A DNA stretch of 64,000 nt from Klebsormidium nitens (GCA_000708835.1 DF236991.1:233585-297584), one strand, 5' to 3'. Numbered from the stretch's first letter, positions 10,446-23,800 are shown. Notes: generated from the letters alone by a model not told the origin. Numbers and translations: made by a program.

Positions 10446-13400
10446 TCAGTCGGTCTCTGTGGAGGCCGCTCGTGGGCTCAACGCCGCCTCCTTACGGCAC
10501 TCCTTTTTGTGCTCCGGCCAATCCAGCTTTTGGCACTGCACGGAAGCAACTGACTTCGTGAATGAAGGGCAGCGTTGGAGTTGGCCGTTTTACGTGTTCT
10601 CGCAGCCAACAATCAGTCGGTCCTGCCCTGTGCCATTTTCCAGGAAGTATGGCCAGGACGAGCTCAACGGTTCAAAAGAATTCCAATCGGCTCGCTCAAG
10701 ATTGTAAACTCGGGCTGCGATCTGCCGGCTGAACCTGCAGAACCAAGTGGTGACCCGGGCAGAACTGCACGGAACCTTTAAGAAATACTGGACTTCGGCG
10801 AATCAGAAGGAGCACGCGATCGAGCACCACGACAGAACAGCAGACCAACGCTGTTCCTTCCGCGCGTCAAGTTAGGTCAGGACGCTCACAAACCAACTAG
10901 GAAGACTGTAGCAAACAATGAAGGCGAGGGCGCTTTCGACTTGGTTACTCGGATCCTCAAGTAAGGGTGCGCTCGATCAATTTACAGAACTGCGCGCGAT
11001 GCATGTACCATCTTGGATCCCCCAACTCTTGTACAATAACAAGCCACACTAAGTCTGTTGCCGCTCTGCTGTTGACGTGATTAAGTCCGTTCAGATTACG
11101 CTCCCAGCCCTCTGACAAGTACCAAACAAGTCCTATCGTAAGAGGCTTTGTTCAACATACCCGACTCCGGCAAAGATGCACTGGGTGCTTTTACGCCGTA
11201 AGCAGTTTCCACTCTCCAATCTAAATGTCACAAAGAATAGCTGTGAACATCGGAACGGTTGTGAACAAAGCTCACCTCCGGCCCGCAGTAATGCACCCGG
11301 GCGCACTGCCCGCACTTCTTATATCTTTCAACGTCCGGGTCCAGGTTCCGCCACTCCACGTTGCACCGCGCGCACGTCTGCGGCGCCTTCTGCTTCTTCT
11401 TCAGCTTCTTCGCGAGCTCGTGGCTCCGCCGCCGCGCGATGCCGCGCTCGTTGTTGGTGTCCGTAAGGTACTTGTGGGTGATGACGGTCGGGTGGTTGCT
11501 GGTCTCGCGGAAGTTCGCAGTCAGCCCTTCGTGCAAAAAGATCTCGCTGCAGAAAAACGGCGCATATCTTAAATTCAAGAGTTGCGCCCATTAGATACTG
11601 CGGTTTGAAGCGCTCTCAAACGTTTTAAAGAATGTGTGGGTGATCATTGCCGGGTGCTTGTTGGTGCTGAGGAACGATGCGGTCGGCCCTTCGTGCAGGA
11701 AGATCTGGCTGCCAGAAAGAGAGAGCAAGATTCTCAATACACAAAGAGACCTCTGCGAATATCCCGAGAAATACAGACAAAAGTTGGACTCGCCGTCAAA
11801 TACTTGTGGGTGATGACCGCCGGGTGGTTGCTTGTCTCGCGGAAATCCGCGGTCAGCCCTTCGTGCAGGAAGATCTTGCTGCAGTAAAACGGCGCATATT
11901 TTAAATTCAAGAGTTGTGCAATTTAGATAACCCGGTTTGAAGCCCTCTCAAACGCTTTGGGGAACGCGTGGGTGATGACGGCCGGGTGATTGCTGGTCTC
12001 GCGGAAGTTCGCGGTCAGCCCTTCGTGCAAAAACATTCGCTGCAGAGAATAAGTGAAATCAGACTCTCAACAACCGACGTCCGTAGACCCTCCACTGAAT
12101 CGCTTTCGACGCGTTCAAAGGCGATGAAAAAGATTTGGGTGATGACGGCCGGGTGGTTGCTGGTCTGGCGGAAGGATGCGGTCATCAGTTCGTGCAAGAA
12201 GATCTCGCTGCAGAAAGAGTGGCGCGAAATACACATTCAATCTTTGCATGTGTAAACGAAATAGCAACTACAGATAAGAGTATGTCTCAACGCCCTCGAA
12301 GGCATTCAGGTACTTGTGGGTGATGACGGCCGGGTAGTAGCTAGTCTCGCAAAATTTCGGGGTCAGCCGTTTGTGCAGAGGATCTCTCTGCACCAAACGC
12401 CGCGGATTGGAGGTTCAACAGTTTAAATTGCCATTAAGCGCTCTCAAACGTTTTCAAAGAATGTGTGGGTGATGACGGCCGGGTGGTTGGTGGTCTCGCG
12501 GAAGGATGCGGTCAGCCTTTTGTGCAAGAAGATCCCACCGCAGAAGAATTGGCGATTTCAAGAACGTTTGGATGATGACAGCCAGGTTAATTTTGGTCTT
12601 GCAGAACAACGCAGGGAGCTCGCCGTGCAGGAAGATCTATGTGCTTTAAATTGGCCCAAGTCAGGATCGAAGCATTTGCACAGATTTGCCAGTGACCTTG
12701 TTCACCGCCTTCATACATTTTAAAGTAATCACCATCCGGTGGCGGTTGGTCTCTTGGAAGGAGAACGGAGTCAACCTTTGTTCTGAAGAAGAAAGCTTTC
12801 GTGTAAGACAGGAGGGAAGAGGGGGGGAAGTCTGCAAAGTCCTCCCTTAAAGACCCACTTGAAAGGAGGTTTCAGAGGTTTCAGAGGTGGTTTCAGAGGT
12901 GGGAAATAAGATGTCCCAGACTCATGTGGCGTACTTGATGATAATCCCCGACTGGGTGTTGAATCTGCAATACGACGCGGTCAGCTTGAAAGTTTCAAAT
13001 CGGGGCACACGTAGATGAATCCTTGAATACTCGCATCAGGAGGGGTGACGATTTCTGATGCGACGATTCCTCGGTGCTCAAACAAACAAGCCAGAGGGTC
13101 TTAAGAAGACCCTGGATCCACTGATTCACCAGAATCTTTGAAACCCAAAAGTTAACTGAACTGGAAAGCTTCCACTCACGTGTGTTTGTAGGGGATGGTT
13201 GTGTCCCTGAGCGACGGGTCCAGCGTGCGGTCGACGAGTAAACGAATCTCTTCCAGCAGTAAGATCCTTTGCTGGAAAAGCACTAGGTCGACCATGCCTA
13301 TGACAATGCCCTCTCTGCTCCACCGCTGCTTCTCGTCAGACAACTCCTTGTGCAGGTCGCTTATGCGTCGCCGCAAAAACCTGCGCGCGGATTGGGGACA

Positions 13401-15972
13401 TAAGCTGCGGTTAGGCCTCAGAACGGATAACCGGCACCTGCATCGATTGAACCCTTGACGAGGCACTCCGCTGCCTCTTGTCAGAAGCTCCTATGCAGGT
13501 CGCTCATGCGCTGCCGCAAGGAGCTGCAAACAGTTTCAAGAGATAAGCTGCGGTTAACCCTGAAAATGCTGAATCAGGACCGCGTCGACCGAACTACAGA
13601 CTAGGCCCTCCACGGCTTCTCGTCAGCCAGCTCCTTATGCAGGTCGCTTACGAGCCGCCGCAAGGATCTGCCCATGAGTTAGGGACATAAGCTGTGATTA
13701 ATTCTCAAAATGCTAAAACGGCACCGCCTCCACCGTACCACGACAAGGCCCTCTCTGCTCCACCGCTGCTTCTTATCCGACAGCTCCTTGTGCAAGTTGC
13801 TTATGCTCAGTTTCAAAAGTTGGGCAGGGTCAGAGAAGCAAACGCTTGGTTAGCAGTTAGCCCAGACAGCTCCTCGAGCCAAATGTCTATGTGGTGCTGC
13901 TTAACCTGGGGAGGGTTAGGAAAGCTGATTGCAAGCAGCCCTCGGATGGTTTAGGAAGCGAAGAGTACAAAAGTTGTGGTTACATTGAATGAGGTTGGCC
14001 ATTCCACGTCACTTATCGGCAGACCGCATGGTGCGCAAGTTGTGTAGTTGCTTCTGTACCAACCTGAAGAAGGTTAAAGCTTTGATGGACAGAATCACAA
14101 ATCTCAAAGGTAAACGAATGCTGTGAAGGCCTGCGTGTCTGACTTAAAACGCGTCATAAGGCTTGTTGTTCGATCGCCTACGCGCCCCGGGAAGGATATC
14201 AAACACAGATGTGACTGTGGCTTCTGCTTCAGAAAGACTGACAAGATGAATACTTCGGTCAAGAAAGTCAGAGTTCACCAAGCCTTTCACTTGTTAAGCT
14301 CATTGCGCGGGTCGCTGACTTCCTTTCAGATTCTGACCAGCATCGAAAGGATCCTGTCATGCAATCTCAGAACGGGAAATCACCAGGTACTGGCAGCGGC
14401 GCCTCTTATTCTTCCAACTAATGTTCACCAGAGTTGCAACGCCACCATTATGTACAGTACAACTCTGTTCCTGATAATCATAGGATCGCTGACATCACTC
14501 ACTCTAAGAATGCGGGTTTGTCCTGCACCGACAGCAGTCGCCTCCCACCCTCTTATTGGTGTTTCACAACAATGACATCATCACCCTGTGCACTGGCACA
14601 ATTCTGTTTGAAAATTGTAAAATTGCTGACATCACTCACTCTAAAAATGCGGGGTTGTCCTTCACCGGCAGCGTCGCCTCCCACCCCTCGGACAAATTCT
14701 TGAGCAGTTGTACGCAGTGCTTGGTGCCGATAGACAGCCCCGGTAGATAGCTCAGCAGAAACGCCAGCAACTGAAGGGGCTCGTTCACTCCCTCCCTGCT
14801 GGGGAACTCTGTCGGCCAGGGGACCCTTTCCAGGAGCGCGCTCAGTCGCTCAGTGTCGCTCCAGGCCGCTTTCCCGAGTGCGAAGAATTCATTTTTGACC
14901 TTGAGGGGAGTGTCGTAGAACCCGTTGGTCGGAGTGATTGAGACCATCTCGGCAGCTCGAAGGCAGCCCTCAATGAGTTCGGCTTCCTCTTGTCTGAGCA
15001 AAGAGAAGCCGGCAGGCCCCACAACAACAACTTGCAAGACTGCTTCTAGAAATCCCGCCAAAACACCCGCCTTCAGCGCTTCCTGCTTATTCGGCATTAC
15101 CTGCTTGCAAACGTCCTCGAACAGGTCCGCTAGAATCGTGACCAACCCTCGGTTCTTTGGGTGCATTTGCAGCGCTTTTGCGGCGGTGGGGACAAGCCGC
15201 CTCAGGGGAAACTCCGGCAGCTCAATCCAGCACCAGTGAAACCTCTTCATGGACTCCTTCAACTCTTTGGTAGCTTTCAACTTCAGGGCTTCCTCCCAGT
15301 AGCGAGGGATCAGCGACGCAACGGCCATGAAGTTTTCTGTGAGGACATCTGCATTGTCCTCATTGTCCTGGATGATATCGAAGTGCCGCCGGAGGCTTTG
15401 CACGACCTGAGCGGCAGCCATCAGCCCCTGCAACCGCGTTGCGCCCCAGCAAACAACGGCAATGAGTGGATCCCAATCAGCTCAGCCACAAAGCTGGCAA
15501 CACAACTCCACTTTCTGCACGGGCAGAATCTACTTGCCCTTGGGCCTTGCCCAGTCTACCTTGCCACCTTGCTTGCGTGTACTTAGGGCAGTTACTGAGT
15601 TAGGCTTAGCTACAGTACACCTAGGTTTCCTTGCATGCCTTGAAGGCCGCCTTCAAAATTTTGCCGCCCTGAATGTGCTTCTCCAGCTAGAAGAACGGCG
15701 TCACAGCGGCCGCACCCGTCACTGCCAACAGGCCCAAAACACCTCTGCCAAATCAAAGAGCGTTGACACCTTGTCTGAGAACCGGCTATATTGAGGTACC
15801 GGTATTGGTCACGACTCACGAGGCCGGCCGCGGTACGAAGGTTCGGCGGCCGCGAGAAGCGACACCTGCGCTCGGCTTGGCGTCTGCTGACGCCATGATG
15901 ACGAGCACCAAACTTTCTATGTGATTCCGTCAACGCCGTCGATGGGCGGATCGGCGGTTCACATCCATCCAT
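10446..15972 (-). CDS. Helical-repeat (ARM-like) protein with C-terminal MYND-type zinc finger
   Basis: Phase-consistent exons 15427-14640, 13380-13180, 11546-11276 and 10535-10446 join as ...PAFLE|FLRRRISDLHKEL...YKHT|EIFLHEG...TCARCNVEWRNLDPDVERYKKCGQCARVHYCGPE|CQKLDWPEHKKEC...ETD*, a canonical MYND C2C2...C..C...W..H...C pattern. The 5' exon(s) and start codon above 15427 are uncertain; the ARM-like call rests only on helical Leu/Ala-rich composition. Confidence 0.8.
11547..12720 (-). repeat. Intronic array of about 7 degenerate copies of the acceptor and 5' part of the MYND exon, period ~150-180 bp
   Basis: Plus-strand motif gggtgatgacggccgggtggttgct...cccttcgtgca..aagatctcgctgcaga recurs near 11549 (true), 11711, 11883, 12043, 12211, 12391, 12543 and faintly ~12640. 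Confidence 0.92.
13381..13830 (-). repeat. Three intronic echoes of the acceptor/5' end of exon 13380-13180
   Basis: Plus-strand agctccttRtgcaggtcgcttatgcg..gccgcaa recurs at ~13490, ~13630 and ~13785. Confidence 0.85.
14340..14639 (-). repeat. Donor-side echoes of the end of exon 15427-14640
   Basis: gctgacatcactcactctaa.aatgcggg.ttgtcc.gcacc..cagc.gtcgcctcccaccctc occurs at 14625-14690 (true junction) and at ~14488-14552, with a weaker copy near 14345-14420. Confidence 0.8.
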
Positions 15973-17779
15973 AGTTTTTTCTGACAGATCCTCCCTCGTG
16001 CCCGAAGATCTGGTTGTAAACAATCATTCGATTGTCACAGCCTGAGGCTCCGAGCTGCCCGCCGGCCGGAGCGGACTTACGTGCGCAAGATGCAAAATGT
16101 ACCCTCAATAAGCAGATTGCCGAAACACTTTCAAGCCGTCAATTTTCGTCGTTTCCTCAGCATCGACTGTCACAAGGGATTCTACTTGTGACTAAGATTG
16201 GGTACACTGAAAAGAAACCATATGTCAGAGATCCTACCTATGGGAATTGGAAGGTCATAGGCCGTAGCCCAGGTCTGCACTCAGGAAAAGGCAATATCGT
16301 AACCATTTGCCGGTGTATAGCGGTGGTGTCAAACCGACTATCTTTCATATTATCCTACATTCCTTGACACTGTATGTTGGAGTACAGGTTTTTACTGGTG
16401 CAGCTACACGAGTATTTTCTTAGGGCTGCTTGCGGTTTCTAAGCAAGGTCGGTACATGATGTTCGCCCAATGCTGACATTGCAGAGGCATCAATTGGCTG
16501 GCATCAATGCGCCCCGTGCTGAGCTCAATCACACTGATGTCAACAGTTGTTGTCAGAGCAGGCTCGGGATTCTAGAAACTCAGCTGACCGTGACACTGAC
16601 AGTGACAGGAGGAAATCTGAAATGGCCTCCTGCCAGAAGCTCGTCGCTGAAAGTCAAACCTGACCTCAAGTTTCTCCAGAGCGCAAGGCAGCAGAAGAAG
16701 CAGAGCAAAGGCAGCAGAAAACATCCTTGCACCAGATGTTTCCCGCTTGCGTCGGGCGGGGAGGAGGAGCTTCGTCCCAGTCCGTTCTAGACTCCGGCGT
16801 CTGGGACACACAGGTAAGATTCGCAGGTTTTGGGAAACCTTTCTCCTGCTAAGAAAGGACAGTTTCTATGTTGTGGGGAAGAGCGCATTGTCTGGATCTA
16901 TCTGTTCAGATATAAGATTGGGACCGCCAGTCTGCAGCTATCTTTGTGGTGACGCTTGGTCTGCTGAGGGCAAACAGATGATGTTTGACAGGGAAGAAAC
17001 TGGTAGCTGGTACAGATTCTCTGTGGTTCGGTGCGGGATGGTATTTTGTGTGTCATCTAGCTGTTACTTCAGTTCTTTACACATTGAACAAGAGCTGCTG
17101 GTTCTATGGTTCAAATCCTCATCCTTGTCATGCCTTTCATAGACATGGGTGCTGGTCCCAGCCATTGGTTTCTGCACGTTCTCAGCTTCTGTAGGGACTT
17201 CCCTTGAAGGGTGGTCAAACTTCTATTCTCTCTCAGATCCTGTGGTTCGTGCTCTTCTACCTGCTTCTCGTACTGGATGCTAAAGTTCAAAGGATCTGAT
17301 TTTTTTGGTGCAAGTCGGTGGTGGTTCTGTTCTGTCAAAGGATCTCCTGTGCACATCTACGTCTGGTCTGTGTCTTCGCCTGATTGGCAGCTCGGCTTTG
17401 TTTGTGTAGTACAGTCCATACTGTATATACTTTTGAGTACACACTGTGTGGTTGAAATAGGAACGTCCTAATGGGCCTTGCTGAGGTCGCCATCAGGAGC
17501 TGTAAGGCACTTTGTCTCTTGTTGCCCATTTCAGATACGAGGCGTCACAAACTTACCACCAACAACAATTTAGAAACAACAGGTTTCTTCAGCCATTTTA
17601 TGACAACAAAGATGATGAGAGGATGACCTGAGCCTAATCTCAAAATAACAATTACAACATCAAAGATGCACGGAACCATGATCTGATCGTAGTCAAAGAA
17701 TGCGACACAAGAAGTCAAAACCATAGCTGATGGATGTGTGCGTCTCTCCAGGCTGGGACGAAGCGTCGGACGGGAAAGG

Positions 17780-18460
17780 ATGACCGAAGGGTCCACCGGC
17801 CTCGTCATACGCCCAATCAAAGCGGGGGAGGAGAAGGATGTAAAGAACCTAGTCAAAACAAACCTGTGGAGCACATTAGGCTGGCAGCTCGCCGCACGAG
17901 TCCTGTGGTACAACCCCTCCTATGTGGCTAGTCTTTTAGTCGTTCTTGCTGTGCTGCAAGTGTGCGCAGGCTGGATGTTGACCCTAGCGGGAGTGATCAT
18001 CCTGCCTGCGCTGTCGTTTTGGGCCCTAAATCGAGTCGTGAGCAGAGATTTGAGCAAGACGGTCGTGCACAAGCTCAAGGACATTCCGAACAACTACGTC
18101 AGGCCAGGGCGGAACAACCTGTGGGTCGCGGTGTTCATGGGTAGGATCATAGGGTGTGTTGCTGTGGAAGAAGTCACTCGCGCCAGGGACGTGGCGATTC
18201 TTCGCAGCATGTCGGTGGATTCGAGTTACCAGGGGCTTGGGGTTGGCAAGCGCTTGCTGGAGGTTGTGTTAGCCTTCTGCGAAGAGCATGGGTATGGAGA
18301 GATAAAGTTGGGGACTACGGAGTTTCAGAAGGCGGCGCAGGGTTTGTACGAACGGTTTGGTTTCAAGCAAACGGGGAGGGTGGCTGTGCCCTTGCCTTTG
18401 GGGAAGCGGTTACAGATCTGGAACTATCGCCTTATTTTACCGAGAACCGCGCGGATTTGA
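17780..18460 (+). CDS. GNAT N-acetyltransferase, NAT8/camello-like with an internal hydrophobic segment
   Basis: Uninterrupted ORF MTEGSTGLVIRPIKAGEEKDV...; acetyl-CoA motif LRSMSVDSSYQGLGVGKRLL and AAQGLYERFGF; hydrophobic insert YVASLLVVLAVLQVCAGWMLTLAGVIILPALSFWAL. A possible acceptor at 17751 suggests an upstream exon. Confidence 0.88.
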   Translation: MTEGSTGLVIRPIKAGEEKDVKNLVKTNLWSTLGWQLAARVLWYNPSYVASLLVVLAVLQVCAGWMLTLAGVIILPALSFWALNRVVSRDLSKTVVHKLKDIPNNYVRPGRNNLWVAVFMGRIIGCVAVEEVTRARDVAILRSMSVDSSYQGLGVGKRLLEVVLAFCEEHGYGEIKLGTTEFQKAAQGLYERFGFKQTGRVAVPLPLGKRLQIWNYRLILPRTARI

Positions 18461-20865
18461 TTTGAACCAGCGTCTCTACAGTTGGTTGAAAACTAAGCAA
18501 ACAGGTTGTAGAGACCGGGCGTTGCCCGGCCGCAAAATCGCTAACTTCTAGGTTCAATGAGAACGACTCGAAAGATGGGCTTCAAAGGAGGGCTCTAATG
18601 ACGATCAGACGGATCTGCATCAGCAGTCAAAGTCGCATAGCATCAGCAGGGAATAGCACAGAGCAGGCAGAAAATAACAAGCGCTGTGGTGCAAAGGCAT
18701 CATGTCGTAAAGCTAGCTGTACAAAGTGGTACTTTTACGAGCTGTGAGTCATCAATCATTGCGGATATTATTAGGCCCGACTTCCACTTGCGATCATGTT
18801 TAAGACAGGCTTGAGGCCGCCTCCAACTTTTTTTTGCAGTTTTGCCCGATTCTTTTAAAACGTTGACAACGAACATGCAATGTGTCCTCAGATTAGATTT
18901 CATGTGCGATTGTCGCACAGTACCTGGCCTGGACGTACTGCGGCAATGATCCGCTTCATGGAATCTTTGCTGATGGGCTGAGACTCAAAGGCCAGCACTC
19001 GGTGCGCCCACAGGCACGCTGGTCCTGCTCCCACTAGCGTTGTGCTATAGCATGATTCTTGCCAGGAAGAGTTTGACGTCCTTTAGTATGCCATCTTTGT
19101 CGGATTCATGCACCCGGCGCATGCCCTGCAGGCTTGTGCATGTCATGTAGCGTACGTGCATAATTGAAAGCCTTGTCGTGATGTCAGTTATAAAGTTGAG
19201 CTCTGTAGTGCCGATTTATAATCGAGTCTAGACTTTATATCATAATTGTATAAGCCGGCGGGCCAGCTAGGCCGTGTGCGGCCTTTATACGATGAAGTGC
19301 CAGAACACAAGCTACCTATGGTGGGTACCGGCCGAGTCGATTCCGACTCCGGCCGCCACAAAATCGATTTAGCGCGTATCGAATATCGTCAGTGTTACCG
19401 GCGGTTCGCGTCACGGCTACTCAGGTTTATGTTACTCGGGCGGTACAAATACTCAGAGAATTTTGCCGGGCCGTAAGTAAGTGTGAGGAGATTCTTAAAC
19501 AGTGTCAGGTTTTACACTTTGAGAGGAGCATCAAATTGGCACGCAAAGAAGAGCCATATGCAGGCTTATAAAAACCTCTGACAAGCAGAAAAAAATGTTG
19601 GGAGAGCGTCATGAAGGCTCCTTCGAAGCTCCAACATCTTGTTATGTTGAGGACAAATCGGAAGAAGCACCATCGTGGCTGCAAATTGGCCGCCATTGCT
19701 TGCTTCTAAAAAGCGCCATTCCCTACACTCCCGTTTCCATCTTCTGCACTCTCCTTTCAAGTTAGGTACCGCGGTACTCTAGGGTGGTTCGAGTCGGAAC
19801 TTCCGATCGAAACCATGATTTTCAAATTTCACGTACGGTCAGACTTGATCGGTACCGTACCGCCGGAAACTCCGGAAGTTTCTGACGATCGGAATGTCAG
19901 ACAGATTCTAATTCATGAACTCGGACCGGATTCTCAAGTACCGGTCTGCACGATCGTCAGTACCGCGTACAGTAATTGTCGCGACGCGACACACCGGTGA
20001 TTCAAATTTGTGACCGGACCGTCGCGCGATCGAGACCGCCGATACCCACCATAGGTTGCTTGTGGAAGTGGCCTGTACGTGTACGTCGGATCATTATGAT
20101 CGACATGAGGACCCAATCAAACTAGCTAGCTAGCCACTGAGCTAGCTTTTGGTGCAATGCAATCCCTACGTACAACGGTACGGTACATTGATTCATGGAT
20201 CACCCATGACGGCGCTGCACTGATGCGCTAGTATATAAAGCGGAATCTGATTAAGCGTCAAATTAGGGCCAGCCGCGCCGGCCGGCGGCCCACTGATGCA
20301 CAATGAACTGAAGGCGCAGCGCTCAGGCATGCAGCCTGGCAAGAGCTGGTTGCCACGATCGCGTCGTGCAGCAGTTCAGTGAGCTACTAAGATATAACTT
20401 ACTAATGGTTTGCATGATACACCAGGCTGCATATATAGGCTTTGATAGTATCACTTAGGCCCGGCCGGTCGGACTCATAGGTACACTGACATCGACCACC
20501 TAAGTTGGTATTGTGCGACAGACGGTTCAGGCATTCGGTCGGGCGCGGCGGTCATTCATGTACGTCCATGTCGCAACTGACGACGGTTCAATAACGAAGT
20601 TCGGATTGATTGCGCACGAGGCTACTGAACCCAGCCGTGAAGGCCATCGGATGGCTGCGCCGTCAAGTGTAGTGTTGAAAAGAAAAATCCCTTGCGGTCA
20701 TGGTTGCAACAATATGCCGGGACAAGCCTCTGCAATACAAACTAGTGGCGGCGCGACTACTATACTGTCCGAAAATCCAGGCATGATGTCCGCACCAACC
20801 GTCTGAGTCGATCACGCATCTTCATTCTTGGCCCCGGCCGAGAGATCGCACGTTTTCCTTGGCAC

Positions 20866-23800
20866 CTAGTCAAGCGGAGTCGCAGTCGAGGGTTGCGAGA
20901 GACCAGGGATGAAAGCTTGCGACACTGGCGCCGATGCGTTGCGGGGCGCCAAAGTGGTACCTGACAAGCACCGAAGGTTCAGGGGATCTCAGCGGGAAGC
21001 ATCAGGCGCTCTCTTGAAGTACCTACTGGCGACATATCTACCGATTAATGTATGTTATGTGTCCGGAAGTCAATTCATTTGCCAATTTAAGTGGACTTTG
21101 TTGATGAAGCTTCTCCTAAAAGAAAGAAAGTATGGCGTAAGGCCTTTCTTTATCATTTCTCAACCAGATCGTTCTTCTCTTTGGTGCGTGCTCGTTTGCA
21201 CGAGCCTTCGGATTATTGCAACCAAGCAGGGCGTCTCAGGAAACTCGAATGATAAGCATAGGGCCGAGCTCTCCAGGACTCTACCAGTTAAACCATTCGT
21301 CCTTTTTGCTGAATAGAATGAAACAAGTAAAGCATCTACAATCAGTATATGGTTCTGAGGGAGTCCCATCGGTTGTCGCGAACGCGTCAATGGAAGCAAA
21401 CCCAGAACTCTTCCTGCCCAGACCTGCCGATACAATCACTGAGAACCTTTTTAAGTGCTCGTCGAATTGGAGGCAGAGTAGTCGGAGTAGGAAGGATTCG
21501 ACGTCGAGGCTTCGAAACTCACAGTTGATCGGCGCGAGGCCCACTCGGTCGGCCTGCCGGTCGAAGACGAAGTAGTGGTTCCGCATGCCGGCATCTGCGC
21601 GCGAGGCATTGACTCCACTGGTTAGCAGATGGTTAAGGAAGTTTGGCTGTTGGTCACCAAACTTACGAGCAATTCCTGGCGCAGAAGCAAGCCCTTCTTG
21701 AGCCCGTTTGAAAACCATTTTGCTCTTAAAAGCGGACAACCAAGTAATGCAGCAAGCCCCCGATCTCGAGTCTCTGGCTCTGGACCACAAAACGACTCAC
21801 TTCTGGGATTGAAAGGGACCCTTATCTACTATGATATTCCTACGGACTAAGGGGGGTTCTAACGTCAGCGACTCGTGCGCACTTATAGCCGTTGAGACGG
21901 CGCTGCTGCAGCTGGCGGTCAAGCTAAAAAGCTTTCCCAAACCTTTCTTGAAAAGGATGCTTCGATGGTAAAGTGAGTTGGACTTTTCGCCCGATAGCGA
22001 GCATTTAGACGGAAACAGAATAAGCAAAGTGACGGCTGCGAAGTATACGTCCTTTTTCGATCCTCTACTTTGGACTGACTTTGCCTGCGCTGGTTGAGTC
22101 TTTTCTTGAGCCGTCAAGTGATTGTGGCCTCAGAATAAGCGCAAGAAAACACAGAATACACTGACGCGAACTTTCCGAACATGGCGTGCCACTTCTGAAT
22201 TGCGTTTCGCCCCTTCTGGCACAGAGCCCACCTCAACACCTCCGAATTGATTTTTCATTCAGCTTGCCAGGGATTGCTCGACCAGGTAACTTGGTTGAAG
22301 CACAGAAATTCACGTCAAAAATCAACAGCAAAAGCGTCGATGATTAAGAACCTTCTGACCACCGCAAACTTGTGTCGAGCGAAGAATCTCACCTCCGATG
22401 ATGATGACGCTGTTCAGGGAGGATTGGCGCGCGCCCTGGCTCAGCATAAGCGGGCAGCCGATCAAAATGGACCCGTCCTGCACCATAGCGTATCCTTCTG
22501 TTAGAATTCCTATGGAAGCGACCAAGGCCGCTTGGCCCTTGTAGACTCTCGTTTGGTCGCGACAGGTTGTGCCCTCTCAACGCTTCTTTGAGCGTTACCA
22601 GCTGATACGAAGGAAAATATGAAGACATCCTTTTCTCAAACCCTTTCCAGGTCAAAGGTTGGCACCGGCAGCACCCCTTGAATCCGCCTGCTTGTTCGAT
22701 CACTACTAAAATCCACGCTCGTTTTCTGAGTTTGGTGTTGTAGCTTGCTAGTCATCTGCCAGAGCCCGAGTGTGAAGCACATGGGCGCCGATTCCGACCT
22801 CCGCTTTCATCAACGGTGAAATTACGTCAGGCAAGCAAATCTGGGCCGTCGATTGATTGATAGAACGACAAGACGGGCTTCCGGTAACGGGAGCCCAAGC
22901 CCTCCTTGTCCAGACTCTCGCAATGAACTGATCGAAGCAAGGTGACGTCAGCATTGCGACTGGGTGCGACGGCCTGCCTGACTCTCCGCGAAGATGACGT
23001 AATCGTCCGGCTGCAGCAGCAGCGGCGCACCCGTGAGGTCGAATCGGACGGTCGGGAAGAAGGCGCTCGCGTTCAGGACGCCGTCCGATAGTCTGAGGCA
23101 GCAAGAAATCAACCCGACGTCATGATAATGTCACACAGCGGAGCCACCGATAGAAGTAGTGAAAAGTGCGGAAGCTACATCTTTCGAACTTCGAAGCAGA
23201 TGAAGGCGTGCTGACGAGTACGGAAATGTAGAAGCCGCTCTACAGGCTCGACCGGAGTTAAGAGGGATATAATCCACTCCGCAAACTGTACAGTTGGGCC
23301 GCGTTTTCGCTACTAGACGTGTTCTCGAACACATGTATAAGAGACCAGGGCGCTGAAGTGCTTACGACGTCAGCCATCGGTAAAAGACGCCACATGTCTG
23401 AATGGGCCATAGCGCACGTTGAGTTCAGAACGCGCTTCAAATCCGTGCGCCTGGTGAAAGGACCTTTGCGATAAAGCGATGGAGGTGGGAAGCGAGATAG
23501 GGGTAAGTCCAATACAGGAAGGTAATCTGTTTGATTGTGTCGGATGAGGCGCCCAAGAGAGAGCCGGAACGGAAACGGAACGGAGCTTACGCGGAAGGGG
23601 GCAGCTGGAAGCAGGTCGCTCCGGAGCCGACGAGGTTCTCGGAGAAGACGCGGTTCAGGAGCGGAAGCGAAACTTGGGCCAGCATCTGCGAAAAATATAC
23701 AACGTCAAAGCGCTCGTCTTTCAGTGTCCCGATTTTGAAGCTCACAACCTTTTTGAACCCCGACACAAGAGTCCGACCACCCATTTCCCCCTACATATCC

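Noticed and set aside
11547-12720. Regularly spaced repeats as a CRISPR array
   Set aside because: Repeats are long and degenerate, match the adjacent exon, and their spacers are mutually homologous; no cas genes; eukaryotic context.
16032-17530. Short ORFs and one strong donor (~16815) upstream of the GNAT gene
   Set aside because: I could not assemble a phase-consistent gene; it may be 5' UTR or upstream exons of the GNAT.
19770-19815. GGTTCGAGTC resembling a tRNA T-loop/B-box
   Set aside because: No acceptor stem, D-arm or A-box could be built; the motif is one arm of a palindrome.
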